From: a virus
Length of the DNA stretch: 64,000 nucleotides
Reading direction: 5' to 3' (one strand)
IMG/VR virus record: IMGVR_UViG_3300021373_000005
Shown: piece after piece, positions 35,626-46,207 of the stretch
How the letters are laid out: the number at the start of each line of letters is the position of its first letter
How positions within the stretch are numbered: the first letter of the stretch is position 1
Notes under the pieces: model-generated
What the model saw: only the letters and a program-made list of their open reading frames with translations
The model's database searches: none
What the model was told of the DNA's origin: nothing
Translations under genes and position numbers: made by a program

Positions 35626-35735
35626 TAGTTAATTTCATTATTTTTTACCATCAAAATAATCAGTCATCCATACAGCTGCATACCATGACGCGACAGGAAT
35701 GACAAATAAAAGGATTATTGAAAAATGCCAGTATG

Positions 35736-36218
35736 TCACTCATATTTACCAGAAGCTACATACTTATTATATGTATCTTCGTTAATAAGTCCTTCGGAAA
35801 GAATCCTTTTACGATTCTCTAAATGTTGTTTTTCAACATCGTCCTTACTTCCACCGTGGTATTCAACTGCATGACCTTCTTTGACCATGATTTCAGTTAC
35901 TCGACAGACACGATCATCAGCATGATAATATACATTAAAGTCACCAAGGATACGACCAAACTTACCTTTAGCATCTTCTCCTCCTCGTCCTTTAAATGTT
36001 TTTAATACCACATCAGATTTTAATAATTCTTTTAATCTTTTCTTTGCAGCGAGTCCGAAAAGTTTTTCAATTTTGTTTCGAGTTCTGGATTCTGGTGTAT
36101 CAATTCCCATAATACGAACACGCTCGTTGCGAAGCCAAACGCCAAACCCCAAATCAATATCGACATCTACTGTATCTCCATCCACTACTTTAATTAATTT
36201 TGCTTTATACTCATACAT
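35736..36218 (-). CDS. Thermonuclease (SNase-like) family nuclease
   Basis: KVVDGDTVDVDIDLGF, RVRIMGIDTPE, KFGRILG. Confidence 0.9.
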   Translation of the reverse strand: MYEYKAKLIKVVDGDTVDVDIDLGFGVWLRNERVRIMGIDTPESRTRNKIEKLFGLAAKKRLKELLKSDVVLKTFKGRGGEDAKGKFGRILGDFNVYYHADDRVCRVTEIMVKEGHAVEYHGGSKDDVEKQHLENRKRILSEGLINEDTYNKYVASGKYE

Positions 36219-36220
36219 TT

Positions 36221-36667
36221 TTAATCTTCCTTTTTAGTCATCTTTTCTAACCATGACTCATTACGACCTGCTTTCTTTTCTTCCCAATCTTGTATTGCTC
36301 TTTTAATTGAATCTTCTGCTAATACAGAACAATGAATTTTGATTGGAGGTAATTCCAAAGCATCGGCTATTTCTTTATCTTTAATATTTTTTGCTTCTTC
36401 AATCGTCTTACCAATTAACATCTCAACAAACATACTGCTTGAAGCAATAGCAGATCCACATCCATAAGTTTTAAATTTAACATCTTCGATGACTTCAGTC
36501 TCAGGATTCAATTTCAAATCCAATTTCATAACATCACCACAAGCAGGTGCACCTGTTAACCCAGTAGCAACATTAGGATCGTTAGGGTCAAACCTTCCGA
36601 CTCCATGCGCTGATGGATTATTGGTTACTGCTTCGAATCTTTCTATAACTTTTTTAGAATAAGGCAT
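36221..36667 (-). CDS. iscU: Fe-S cluster scaffold IscU/NifU-N
   Basis: GAPACGDVMKL, FKTYGCGSAIASSS, LELPPIKIHCSVLAEDSIK (3 Cys). Confidence 0.95.
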   Translation of the reverse strand: MPYSKKVIERFEAVTNNPSAHGVGRFDPNDPNVATGLTGAPACGDVMKLDLKLNPETEVIEDVKFKTYGCGSAIASSSMFVEMLIGKTIEEAKNIKDKEIADALELPPIKIHCSVLAEDSIKRAIQDWEEKKAGRNESWLEKMTKKED

Positions 36668-36671
36668 ATGT

Positions 36672-36764
36672 TTATTTATTACGATTACACCATACACGTA
36701 CCCACCACTTGAAGTACTTTCTTCCTTCTCCGTAGGCCGCTGATGCTAATCTGTTATAAATCAT
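36672..36764 (-). CDS. 30-aa basic/aromatic micro-ORF
   Basis: Manually read MIYNRLASAAYGEGRKYFKWWVRVWCNRNK; ATGA coupling to the upstream gene. Confidence 0.55.
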   Translation of the reverse strand: MIYNRLASAAYGEGRKYFKWWVRVWCNRNK

Positions 36765-37354
36765 TTCTGAACATAAAGTATATCTTTGTGAGCTGCCATG
36801 ATTTCATTTCTTTCTCTTGCCCATTCAGCTCTTGGTGTTGACTTTTCATATCCTTCGTGATTCTGATATATGTTCTCTGCTCCTATACCATCAAAGCCTA
36901 ATAGTATAATTGTATTGAACCAACCAGATTCACATGCTCTTAATAATGCTCTTGAACCAGAACTGATTTGCATTTCAGGCATTGTCTTAACCATGTCTTC
37001 ATCATCTGTCCAAGTAACATATGTAAATTCATCAGAACCTGATACGACACAAGTTTGACGATCTTCTCTGTCATTTGAAATAACAGGCTTGCCTAATTGT
37101 TTTGCTAAGTTATAACCTTCGTCACCGGGAAGAGTTTCCCATTCAGAAAAGTAACAAAGATTTTCTTTACAATATCCTGACTTATAAATTAGATGCTGCA
37201 TATATACATCAACACAAACTAATGCATCAGGCTTTTCTTTATATGCGCCATTACACCCGTACACAAATGCGTCAGGATATTCTTTTCGGTAATTGACTCC
37301 CATACGAGATTCACCATTACCTAATATAATACAAGTTCTATTTCCCTTGTCCAC
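36761..37354 (-). CDS. GT29/DUF115-like Rossmann-fold protein
   Basis: CIILGNGESR, VYGCN, ISSGSRAL, IILLGFD. Confidence 0.6.
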   Translation of the reverse strand: MDKGNRTCIILGNGESRMGVNYRKEYPDAFVYGCNGAYKEKPDALVCVDVYMQHLIYKSGYCKENLCYFSEWETLPGDEGYNLAKQLGKPVISNDREDRQTCVVSGSDEFTYVTWTDDEDMVKTMPEMQISSGSRALLRACESGWFNTIILLGFDGIGAENIYQNHEGYEKSTPRAEWARERNEIMAAHKDILYVQK

Positions 37355-37481
37355 GATACCTCTTAAAAGATCTTTTCTTTGATTTGTTCATAGTCGCCAT
37401 TGACTTTGGACGTTTACCAATTGAAGTACCTTTCTTAATTCCTTCGTGAACAGTTGAATATGCGCTACTTTTTAATGCCAT
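37338..37481 (-). CDS. 47-aa Lys/Arg-rich peptide
   Basis: MALKSSAYSTVHEGIKKGTSIGKRPKSMATMNKSKKRSFKRYRGQGK; AGGAGA SD. Confidence 0.65.
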   Translation of the reverse strand: MALKSSAYSTVHEGIKKGTSIGKRPKSMATMNKSKKRSFKRYRGQGK

Positions 37482-37490
37482 AATATTCTC

Positions 37491-37724
37491 CTATTCGTTA
37501 TAATTAATACTGCTTGTTACTTTTTGTTTTTGGAACTCAGGATCTTCTCTCCATTCTTTCCAAACTTGTTCTGTAATTGGTTCTTGTGCTTTAAGACAAT
37601 AGTAGGTGGTAATTCCACCAAATACCATAGGACATAAGAATACGGCAAGTAATCCTAATTGTCCAATCCCAGCTTCAAAAAACTGAGTAAGTGCTATCAT
37701 CATTACATCATTGTTTATTTCCAT
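37491..37724 (-). CDS. Small membrane protein
   Basis: Hydrophobic N-terminal half. Confidence 0.6.
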   Translation of the reverse strand: MEINNDVMMIALTQFFEAGIGQLGLLAVFLCPMVFGGITTYYCLKAQEPITEQVWKEWREDPEFQKQKVTSSINYNE

Positions 37725-38878
37725 TTTGTTGGGTCCTCTAATATATCAATAATTCTTTCCCCCAAGTCAATGAAATCTTGTTCTTTATAGCCTCTTGTTG
37801 TTTCGGCTGCGGTACCTAAACGAATACCACTTGTTTCTTTAAAGTTTCTCGGATCATTTGGAATACCATTTTTATTACAGGTAATTCCATGCATCTCTAA
37901 TGTATCGGCAGCTTCTCTTCCACTTAATTCAGATTGAACTAAACTAACAAGAATGATATGAGAATCAGTTCCGCCTGTTAGTACTTCTAATGTTTTTGCT
38001 TTATTTAATGTTTCAGCAAATGCTTTTGCGTTACTCACAACTTGAGCAGAGTATTCTTTAAACTCTGGAGTATTTGCTTCAATAAATGCTTGTGCCTTTG
38101 CTGCGATAATATTCATTAATGGACCACCTTGTGTTCCTGGGAATACTGCACCATTAATCTTTCTTGTATAGTCTGGGTTATTCCATAGGATAATTCCACC
38201 ACGAGGACCACGAAGTGTTTTATGAGTTGTAGAAGTAACGAAATCAGCATAAGGTACAGGACTATCATATACACCACCAGCAATCAAACCTGAATAGTGA
38301 GCCATATCAACCATTAAGTAAGCTTCAACTGACATAGCAATATATTTCATTCTTTCCCAATCAATTTGTCTTGGATATGCAGAGGCACCTGCGATTAACA
38401 TTTTAGGTTTATGTTCTTGTGCTAATCTTTCGACTTCATCGTAATCAATCATACCCCATTCATCAACACCATAAGTATATGAATTGAACCACTTACCTGA
38501 GATAGTGACAGGAGCACCATGAGTTAAATGACCACCGCTTGCTAAATCCATTCCAAGAATTGTATCACCGGGTTCAAGGAATGCTTTCATAATCGCAAGG
38601 TTTGCGTTTGCTCCACTATGTGGTTGAACATTCGCAAATTCACAACTGTATAATTCTTTTAGTTGGTCAATTGCGATTGTTTCTATTTCATCCATGAATT
38701 CACAACCATTATAATAACGTGCTCCGGGATAACCTTCTGCATATTTGTTTGTAAATTCAGAACCACACATTTTCATTACCGCCTTTGAAGCAAAGTTCTC
38801 TGAAGCGATTAATTCAATAGTTCCTTTTTGTCGTGCAAGTTCCTTTTGATAAATTTTATTGATTCTTTCGTCTAACAT
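37715..38878 (-). CDS. glyA: Serine hydroxymethyltransferase
   Basis: IELIASENF, NKYAEGYPGARYYNGC, NVQPHSGANAN, GGHLTHG, TSTTHKTLRGPRGG (PLP Lys), SGIRLGT. Confidence 0.97.
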   Translation of the reverse strand: MLDERINKIYQKELARQKGTIELIASENFASKAVMKMCGSEFTNKYAEGYPGARYYNGCEFMDEIETIAIDQLKELYSCEFANVQPHSGANANLAIMKAFLEPGDTILGMDLASGGHLTHGAPVTISGKWFNSYTYGVDEWGMIDYDEVERLAQEHKPKMLIAGASAYPRQIDWERMKYIAMSVEAYLMVDMAHYSGLIAGGVYDSPVPYADFVTSTTHKTLRGPRGGIILWNNPDYTRKINGAVFPGTQGGPLMNIIAAKAQAFIEANTPEFKEYSAQVVSNAKAFAETLNKAKTLEVLTGGTDSHIILVSLVQSELSGREAADTLEMHGITCNKNGIPNDPRNFKETSGIRLGTAAETTRGYKEQDFIDLGERIIDILEDPTKWK

Positions 38879-38881
38879 GAT

Positions 38882-39118
38882 TTAGATTTCACTCATCCTA
38901 TATTGATTTGATTTAATAAAGTCGTAATAAGTACCGATATAGTTATCGTCTTCGAATATTTGAGGAATAACATTTGTACTTATATTTTGTTCACGGAGTA
39001 TATTATAATACTTTTTCATTCCAATGTCAAGGAATTTATACTCTCCATACCATTTTTCTGCATATTGCTTTGCCTTGTCGCAGAATGCGCAAGATCTTGT
39101 TCCATATATGTAAATCAC
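38882..39118 (-). CDS. Glutaredoxin
   Basis: CAFC active site, VIPQIF, YIGTY. Confidence 0.85.
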   Translation of the reverse strand: MIYIYGTRSCAFCDKAKQYAEKWYGEYKFLDIGMKKYYNILREQNISTNVIPQIFEDDNYIGTYYDFIKSNQYRMSEI

Positions 39119-39447
39119 GGCTTAGGTGTTTCGTCTTTCCATTTATTAATGAAGTCTAATATCTTAGCTTGAGACCATTCTTTAAAAATCTCAGGAGAAT
39201 TATCTTCTGCGAATAATTGTAATACCTTTTCAGTATCAACTAAATCCACATTTGTAATTGTTTCACCTAACCATCTTTGACTGAATTCTTTTACTTCTTC
39301 AGTCGTCACAGCGTCAGACGCCCATTCTTTAGCAAGCTTATCAGTTAATTTAACTTCTTCGTTCCAAGCTTGCATTTCGCTCTTGGGTACAACATATCTT
39401 TGTTTAAAAACAGATATCGTATCTACCACAACATATTCACTTTTCAT
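39115..39447 (-). CDS. Hypothetical protein
   Basis: 110 aa, GAGG SD. Confidence 0.7.
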   Translation of the reverse strand: MKSEYVVVDTISVFKQRYVVPKSEMQAWNEEVKLTDKLAKEWASDAVTTEEVKEFSQRWLGETITNVDLVDTEKVLQLFAEDNSPEIFKEWSQAKILDFINKWKDETPKP

Positions 39448-39711
39448 ATTTACCTCTAAATGTATAAAAGTCCAATAAAGAACCCTATGTTAAGTCCTAT
39501 TGAACACGCCAAAATAAAATCTTTATTAAACTCGTCCTTTTTCTCGACGAACTCTATCGTTGTATGCTCCTGCTGCCATTGCATCAGCTGCGTCCTCTAC
39601 GGCGCTTGGCTTAATTTGTTTCCTGTCAGCAATTGGAGCGCCTATTTCCCTAGCATAAACAGTCTTGCCCTTATCTGGGCTTTCGTATATCATTGCCATT
39701 TTATAGTTCTC

Positions 39712-39897
39712 CTACACAAATTGATGTATTGTCCAAAAGGACAACATCATAAATCCAAATACACAAACTTGTATCACACTTGCGTATGCTACTTGTTTCA
39801 TTGGATGAATTTCAGTTAACTTTTCAACCATTGATTCATCAGGTGAAAGGTTAACCGCCTGGAGGATTTTCTCCTCAGTACTTTTTGTCATTATCAA
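39712..39897 (-). CDS. Small membrane protein
   Basis: C-terminal hydrophobic helix. Confidence 0.55.
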   Translation of the reverse strand: MIMTKSTEEKILQAVNLSPDESMVEKLTEIHPMKQVAYASVIQVCVFGFMMLSFWTIHQFV

Positions 39898-40159
39898 TTC
39901 TTCTCATTATTTTATTAATAACGTTTTCTGCTTCCGGATATTCGTCCATCATATCTACCACTTTGTCAATTATATCCAAATCTTGTAGCATATCGTTTCT
40001 TCTTTCAAGCCAGGCTTTCTGTTGTTCGTATGCTCTACGTTCTTGCTCAAGATAATGCATATCATGTAACTTTTTAACGAATGCATTAATGCGCATCCAT
40101 TTATGATAGTCTATGTGTCCGTCTTTATCGAACGGTAGTTTATCGTTATCTCCACTCAT
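39875..40159 (-). CDS. Hypothetical protein
   Basis: 94-aa helical ORF. Confidence 0.65.
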   Translation of the reverse strand: MSGDNDKLPFDKDGHIDYHKWMRINAFVKKLHDMHYLEQERRAYEQQKAWLERRNDMLQDLDIIDKVVDMMDEYPEAENVINKIMRRIDNDKKY

Positions 40160-40167
40160 ATATCTAT

Positions 40168-40584
40168 TTATTTAAATAAACCTATTTTCTCACCAGCTTT
40201 TATTCTACGGTCATATTCTTCCGGTGTGTCTGGAAATCTAAAGCCCCAATATGCACCAAATGCCATAAAGGAACCAGAATACATTATTGCTTTCCAATTA
40301 CCTGTGAACACAATCATCAGTAATAAAGCCAATGCCATAAAGCCTAACATTGTGTATTTTGCTTTTCTTGGAAATACCTTTTTGGTTTCCCAATTTGTTA
40401 AAAACGGACCAAACAGTTTATGATTGTATAACCAAGTATGCATTCTATCTGAACTCTTAGCAAAGCAATACGCTGCGAATACGGCAGGAATACTAAAAGG
40501 AATACCTGGCATCACTACACCAATGTAAGCAACTCCTAAACTTAAAAATCCTAATCCACCCCATAATAATTTTTTTATATTCAT
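40168..40584 (-). CDS. YbaN / DUF454 inner-membrane protein
   Basis: LGVAYIGVVMPGIP, CFAKSSDRMHTWLYNHKLFGPFLTNW. Confidence 0.88.
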   Translation of the reverse strand: MNIKKLLWGGLGFLSLGVAYIGVVMPGIPFSIPAVFAAYCFAKSSDRMHTWLYNHKLFGPFLTNWETKKVFPRKAKYTMLGFMALALLLMIVFTGNWKAIMYSGSFMAFGAYWGFRFPDTPEEYDRRIKAGEKIGLFK

Positions 40585-41420
40585 ATTTTTCTTCTATTTA
40601 ATGTTGTTGTTAATCCGCTGCGCTTTTCTTCGATTTCCATATTCATTACTTGGGCTTCATCAACTAAAGGTTTAGCAGGACGTTCTCGGTCTCTTTTGAA
40701 TGCTGCAGTTGATACAATCAACAACATAATCGCAAGAGGGTCAAATACAAAGATGATAGTTAAGATAACCCAGCGGACAGCATTGTCATACATTGACTCT
40801 GCTTCTTCACCGTATATCATATCAGCAATATATTTTACAGGACCTAGTTCAGCTTCTTGTTCTAATTGTAATCTCTGAATAGGCATCTTCTGTTCGTTTA
40901 AAGAAACAATCTCTCCAACCAATATATCTATATCAGCATTGATATTATTTCTTTCTTCTGTTTGTACTCGGTTCACATAATTACGATCTTCAGGTTTACT
41001 TGTTTGTAATACATAATCTAAATTTTCTAATCTTCCTGTAAGATTGTCCAATTGTAATTGTTTGCCTTCTAACCTCTTGTCAACAATACTTGCTTCAAGA
41101 GAGTAACTATCTGATGTGACTGCACTGTCAATATGAGCTTTGGAAAGGAATCCAAATATACCCATACTTGTAATTAACATAAGTACCACGACAGCGGTGG
41201 TGAAATACGCTCGGACTAAATTATTGATTCTGTCCCATTCATAATGGAGCCAGGCTGCTGATACAACTTTACCAAATTCTAATATACTTGCCATGAAAGC
41301 AATTGATAAAGCAGCACCACTGAATATTGTCATCAGTCCTATAATACTAAAATACGCAGCTGTTCCTGCGAGTGATAATGATGTAAATAGTGTTAACCAT
41401 TTCATGTTGAATACCTCCAA
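40581..41420 (-). CDS. Multi-TM + coiled-coil protein
   Basis: AAYFSIIGL, LEFGKVVSA, TSMGIFGFLSKAH, ELGPVKYIA, IIFVFDPLAI. Confidence 0.75.
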   Translation of the reverse strand: MEVFNMKWLTLFTSLSLAGTAAYFSIIGLMTIFSGAALSIAFMASILEFGKVVSAAWLHYEWDRINNLVRAYFTTAVVVLMLITSMGIFGFLSKAHIDSAVTSDSYSLEASIVDKRLEGKQLQLDNLTGRLENLDYVLQTSKPEDRNYVNRVQTEERNNINADIDILVGEIVSLNEQKMPIQRLQLEQEAELGPVKYIADMIYGEEAESMYDNAVRWVILTIIFVFDPLAIMLLIVSTAAFKRDRERPAKPLVDEAQVMNMEIEEKRSGLTTTLNRRKI

Positions 41421-41965
41421 TTCACATCACTGTGTTTTTGTTCGTCTGCACGGACATGTAATATCATATCTCTCAAAGTTGCATCTTTGTCCATTGTGTA
41501 ATAATTTATTGCTAACCTTGGTGCTTTCGGATTGTCTATTTTTCCATCGTCTATTAATTTTATATATTCTGTATAACTTTTAACAGCTTCTTCCTCAAAG
41601 TAATGTACCATACGATGAGCGGTCTTTGGAAAGAATACATACATAAGGAAATAGAAATTCCAAAAGATACCTTGAGCTGCTAATATTAATAATCTTTCAA
41701 ATAAGTTTGGCTTTGCGATTTCAATAAAGAACATTAAATGCATTCTTTCGTTTTCAGCTTCTTCAAGTAATTCACGAATCATTGGTCCGTATCCAGTTTT
41801 CATTTGTCTTAAACTTTTCAAATGAATCCACATACCTGCGACCATACCAGGTACACCTGCTATAGTTTCTAGAACAACTGCTCTATGACCATATCTTTTG
41901 GCAAAGAATGTATCGGCAAAGAACCGAAAAAACTTTGTCATACTTTTTGCTACAGTGTCCTTCAT
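41402..41965 (-). CDS. aox: Alternative oxidase (AOX; diiron ubiquinol oxidase)
   Basis: All four AOX iron-binding motifs: [36 protein letters not shown]. Confidence 0.92.
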   Translation of the reverse strand: MKDTVAKSMTKFFRFFADTFFAKRYGHRAVVLETIAGVPGMVAGMWIHLKSLRQMKTGYGPMIRELLEEAENERMHLMFFIEIAKPNLFERLLILAAQGIFWNFYFLMYVFFPKTAHRMVHYFEEEAVKSYTEYIKLIDDGKIDNPKAPRLAINYYTMDKDATLRDMILHVRADEQKHSDVNWRYST

Positions 41966-43164
41966 TCGTATTCTTTAAATGTTTCCTTTAAAGCAAGAAC
42001 TAAATTTTCCATCATACCATTGGTGTGAAGTGGAGTTGGTGTAATTCTAAGCCGCTCTGAACCCACATCGACTGTTGGGTAATTAATAGGCTGAACATAT
42101 ATTCCATAATCGTTTAACAACTTATCTGACATAATTTTGCATTTCTTTGCATCTCTTACCATAACAGGTAATATATGAGTGCAACTATTTCGATGTAATT
42201 CTATTTCGTTTTCTTCGAATAAATTTCTTAATGTGTTTGCTCGTTCTTGATGTTGTTCTCTTAACTCATTATGTTCTTTTAAATAACGAATTGAAGCAAT
42301 TGCTCCTGCACACATAACAGGACTTAAACTTGTTGTAAAAATAAATCCTGAGGCTACGGAGCGAATGGCATCGAGAACAATACTATCACCAGCAATATAA
42401 CCACCGTGACAACCAAACGCCTTTCCAAGTGTTCCATTTATAATATCTACTCTATCGGAGAGTCCTAACTTTTCGCAGTACCCAGCTCCTGTGTCACCAT
42501 AAAGTCCTACTGCATGAACTTCATCAATATATGTAATTGCATTATACTTATCAGCAAGATCACATACTTCTTTGATTGGTGCAACATCTCCATCCATACT
42601 ATATACGGATTCAAATACAATACACGGAACTTGATTATTCATTTGCGCTGTTTGTAACGCAAGCTCAAGTTCGTCCATGTTATTGTGTTCCCAAATTATC
42701 TTATCAGCTCTTGAATGTTTAATACCCATAATCATAGAAGCATGATTTTTATTGTCGGATATAAAACAGATATTTGGTATAATACGGCTCAGTGCAATTA
42801 ACGTCCACTCATTAGCAACATAAGCAGAAGTAAATAATAAACCTTTTTCTTTCTGATGAAGGTCAGCTAAAACATTTTCAAGAGTAACATGATAATGAGA
42901 GGTACCGCCGATATTGCGAGTACCCCCACTACCACTTCCTGTTTTCTCTAACGCAGTTGCCATCGCATCGATGACATACTTGTTCTGTCCTTGACATAAG
43001 TAATCATTAGAACACCAATTGACAATTGTCTTAGGTGAATATTTAGAATACCATGTTGCCTTAGGAAAGTTTCCTCTCTCCCTTACAATGTCGTTAAAGA
43101 CTCGATACTTCCCTTCATTTTTGAGAGTATCAACTACGTCTTGAAAGTATTTCTTGTTTATCAT
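41962..43164 (-). CDS. hemA: 5-aminolevulinate synthase (Shemin/C4 pathway)
   Basis: [59 protein letters not shown] (PLP Lys), QPINYPTV...RLRITPTP. Confidence 0.93.
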   Translation of the reverse strand: MINKKYFQDVVDTLKNEGKYRVFNDIVRERGNFPKATWYSKYSPKTIVNWCSNDYLCQGQNKYVIDAMATALEKTGSGSGGTRNIGGTSHYHVTLENVLADLHQKEKGLLFTSAYVANEWTLIALSRIIPNICFISDNKNHASMIMGIKHSRADKIIWEHNNMDELELALQTAQMNNQVPCIVFESVYSMDGDVAPIKEVCDLADKYNAITYIDEVHAVGLYGDTGAGYCEKLGLSDRVDIINGTLGKAFGCHGGYIAGDSIVLDAIRSVASGFIFTTSLSPVMCAGAIASIRYLKEHNELREQHQERANTLRNLFEENEIELHRNSCTHILPVMVRDAKKCKIMSDKLLNDYGIYVQPINYPTVDVGSERLRITPTPLHTNGMMENLVLALKETFKEYE

Positions 43165-43173
43165 TTCTACGCC

Positions 43174-44382
43174 TTAAGCTGCGTAGGCATCATCCCAGTT
43201 TCCTGATAATCCAGCAACCTCATATTCGGTTACACGATTTTCAAAGAAGTTTGTATGGTCGGCACCATTCAGTACCCATTCTAACCAAGGTAATGGATTT
43301 TCTTTAACCTTGAAATTAGTTTTCATGCCTAACTGTAATAATCTTCTGTCTGTTATATACCTTATATATTGTTTTACTTCGGATTTTTCCAGACCATCAA
43401 TTTCACCCATCTCGTAGGCAAGGTCAATGAACTTATCTTCAAGATTTACAATGTCTTTTGACATTTCATAAATTTCTTTTTTGAACTCATCGTCAACAAC
43501 ACGACTATGTTCTTTTACAAATGCTTTAAATAATTTAGAGTTACCTTCAACGTGAATTGATTCGTCTCGTATACTCCATTCAACTACTTTACCCATACCT
43601 TTCATTTTACCGAAACGTTGAAAGTTAAGTAACATAACGAAAGAAGCAAATAAAGCAACACCTTCATTAAATACAGATTTTGCTAAAGCAAGACCAAGAC
43701 CACGTAATGTTGCATTGTCTGCCTTTCTCATATAATCAATCTTATCTGCCATTTCAGAATATTCCAAGAATGCATGATATTCAGAATCAGGCAAACCTAG
43801 TGTTTCATTCAACAATGCATAAGCTCTTTGATGAATACCTTCTCGAGCAGCAAACGATCCTAACATATTACGAATTTCATTATTCTTAAACTTAGGAATA
43901 AATTGGTCGTAATAGTTTTGACCTACTGCTACATCTGATTGTGTAAACAGTCTTAATACATTTGTAATATAATCTTTTTCAACTGGTGTAATCTTTCCAC
44001 CTTTCCAATCTGCTACGTCTTCAGACAAATCAAGTTCATCTTCAATCCAATGAGCCTTTTCATGTCTTGTTGTAATTTCAACAGCCCAAGGATAATGAAA
44101 CGGTTTATATGTTTCACTAAACTCTAAAAGACCACCTTGTTTCTTTACAAGTTTATCTGAGATTGCCATTAAATCATTATATGTACCAATATGCTCATCG
44201 TTAATAAAGATCTGAGGTACTGACCTTACTTCTTTTCCATTACTAAATTTTTGATAAAATGCCAATCTTTGTTCTTCGTCATCTAATACAACTTGTGTAT
44301 ATCCGAATCCGTGTTGTTTAAACCATGCCTTTGCCTTTTCACAAAAAGGGCAATTTGATTTGGTATAAATTAGTACTTCCAT
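43174..44382 (-). CDS. nrdB: Ribonucleotide reductase class Ia beta subunit with N-terminal glutaredoxin fusion
   Basis: IYTKSNCPFC...SVPQIF Grx domain fused to HWIEDE, EGIHQRAY, EGVALFASF, SIRDESIH; start reassigned to ATG 44382. Confidence 0.93.
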   Translation of the reverse strand: MEVLIYTKSNCPFCEKAKAWFKQHGFGYTQVVLDDEEQRLAFYQKFSNGKEVRSVPQIFINDEHIGTYNDLMAISDKLVKKQGGLLEFSETYKPFHYPWAVEITTRHEKAHWIEDELDLSEDVADWKGGKITPVEKDYITNVLRLFTQSDVAVGQNYYDQFIPKFKNNEIRNMLGSFAAREGIHQRAYALLNETLGLPDSEYHAFLEYSEMADKIDYMRKADNATLRGLGLALAKSVFNEGVALFASFVMLLNFQRFGKMKGMGKVVEWSIRDESIHVEGNSKLFKAFVKEHSRVVDDEFKKEIYEMSKDIVNLEDKFIDLAYEMGEIDGLEKSEVKQYIRYITDRRLLQLGMKTNFKVKENPLPWLEWVLNGADHTNFFENRVTEYEVAGLSGNWDDAYAA

Positions 44383-44401
44383 TTTCTTTCCTGTTTTTCT
44401 A

Positions 44402-46192
44402 TCATCCTTCGCAGGCGATGCACTCATCTTGTTGTTCCTCCGAGCCGTTGCTGAACTTAATTGAGTCTGGGTTAATAATATCATCTAACTTTTCGCGTTC
44501 CACTTTTTGGGATACGTTTTCTGCACGGTTAGATGTTTCTGTTCTTAAATAATATAATCCTTTACACCCTTGCTTCCATGCTTGATAATGGGCTTCGTGT
44601 AATTCTTTCTTTGTTGCTCCAGCTGGGAAGAAGAGATTAAATGATTGACCTTGACATAGGTACTTTTGTCTATCTCCTGCTAACTTAACTAAGGCTAACT
44701 GATTTAATTCAATTGCTGTTAAGAATACTTCTTTTACGTGGTCATGTAAAAAATCTAGGTGTTGCACTGAACCACCGTTTGTAATAATGGTTGACCATAC
44801 GTCATCTGTATTCTTACCAATTTTTTCCAATTCTGCTTCGAGATATGGATTTTTATTTAGGTGACTTCCCACCCTTGTTCTAGAAGTAAATGCATTTGCT
44901 TTCCAAGGTTCAATACTTGGTGAAGTGTTTACAATCATAGAACTATTTGCATTAGGTGCAATTGCTAACATATGAGCATTACGACGACCTGTTCCTTTCA
45001 TATCAGGAGCTTCACCTCGACGCTTACCCATTTCTAAAGTAGCTGCTAATGATTCTTCTTTAATATGTTTAAATATTGCATCATTAATACCGACAGCCTG
45101 TTCACAGTCAAATGGTACTGAATGCTTTTGTAGATACGAATGAAAACCCATCGCACCTAAACCTAATGATCTTTCTTGTGTTGCTGAAAATCTTGCTTTA
45201 CTGATTTCATCTCCTGCGTTATCAATAAAGAACTGTAATACATTGTCTAGGAATACAATAAGGTCTTTAACCATTGGTGTTCCTACCCACGCATCATACT
45301 TTTCTAAATTAACAGAAGATAAACAACATACTGCTGTCCTTTCTTCAGAGGTCACTAAATGAATTTCATTACATAGGTTAGACCCCTTAATGGTTAAACC
45401 CATTGCTTTCTGTGCATCAGGTAATGCACGGTTTGCTGTATCAATAAAGTTAAGATAAGGTTCACCTGTTCTATATCTTGTTTCTAAAATCAACTCCCAC
45501 AGTTTACGAGCAGGCATTGTTTCACGAACAGATTTATCATTAGGGTCTAGTAAATCCCATTGAGCACCTGCCTCTACTGCTTCCATAAATTTATCTGTAA
45601 GGTTAACCGCATGGTGTAAATTTAAATTTTTACGATTCACGTCACCTGTAGGTATACGCATATTAATAAATTCTACAATGTCAGGATGGTCAACATCCAT
45701 ATAGGCTGCATAAGAACCTTTTCTAGTTCTTCCTTGACGATAAGCAACCATGTCAGCATCAACTGTATGTAAGAAAGGCATAGGACCTGGAGCCTTTTTA
45801 GATACTGCACGAATATCAGACCAATGACCACCTACTCCACCACCTTTAACAGATAACCATCTTAGCTCTGCGGTATGGTCTATGAGACCGTCTAATGTGT
45901 CTGGTACATAGGTAAGAAAGCAACTGATTGGTAATGCCTTGGCTTTTTCTCCTTTTAGTGGTGCATTTGAAAGCACAGGAGATGCATACATAAACCAACC
46001 TTTAGAAACATAGTCGTAAATTCTTTGTGCAAGTTTTAAATTACCACCACAAAAAGCAACAGCTGCACGAGCAAAAGCCATCTGAGGAGACTTTTCATCT
46101 TCTCTACAATAATAATCTTTTAAGAGCTTAAACGACTGCTCAGATAATTCCTTATCTCTTTTTGTTTCTATTTCTATACCTAAATGCTGCAT
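44402..46192 (-). CDS. nrdA: Ribonucleotide reductase class I alpha subunit
   Basis: LPISCF, SNLCNEI, VCCLSSVN, AIAPNANSS, KGLYYLRT, C-terminal CIACEG. Confidence 0.96.
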   Translation of the reverse strand: MQHLGIEIETKRDKELSEQSFKLLKDYYCREDEKSPQMAFARAAVAFCGGNLKLAQRIYDYVSKGWFMYASPVLSNAPLKGEKAKALPISCFLTYVPDTLDGLIDHTAELRWLSVKGGGVGGHWSDIRAVSKKAPGPMPFLHTVDADMVAYRQGRTRKGSYAAYMDVDHPDIVEFINMRIPTGDVNRKNLNLHHAVNLTDKFMEAVEAGAQWDLLDPNDKSVRETMPARKLWELILETRYRTGEPYLNFIDTANRALPDAQKAMGLTIKGSNLCNEIHLVTSEERTAVCCLSSVNLEKYDAWVGTPMVKDLIVFLDNVLQFFIDNAGDEISKARFSATQERSLGLGAMGFHSYLQKHSVPFDCEQAVGINDAIFKHIKEESLAATLEMGKRRGEAPDMKGTGRRNAHMLAIAPNANSSMIVNTSPSIEPWKANAFTSRTRVGSHLNKNPYLEAELEKIGKNTDDVWSTIITNGGSVQHLDFLHDHVKEVFLTAIELNQLALVKLAGDRQKYLCQGQSFNLFFPAGATKKELHEAHYQAWKQGCKGLYYLRTETSNRAENVSQKVEREKLDDIINPDSIKFSNGSEEQQDECIACEG

Positions 46193-46207
46193 TCTCTGCT
46201 CCTGTTA

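Noticed and set aside
41402-41965. Plastoquinol terminal oxidase (cyanophage PTOX)
   Set aside because: Motifs [17 protein letters not shown] and RADE-x-x-H fit AOX; no photosynthesis genes in the window
44383-44484. Extra 34 N-terminal residues on NrdB
   Set aside because: Overlaps the end of nrdA; the Grx domain begins at ATG 44382 with an upstream AGGA SD
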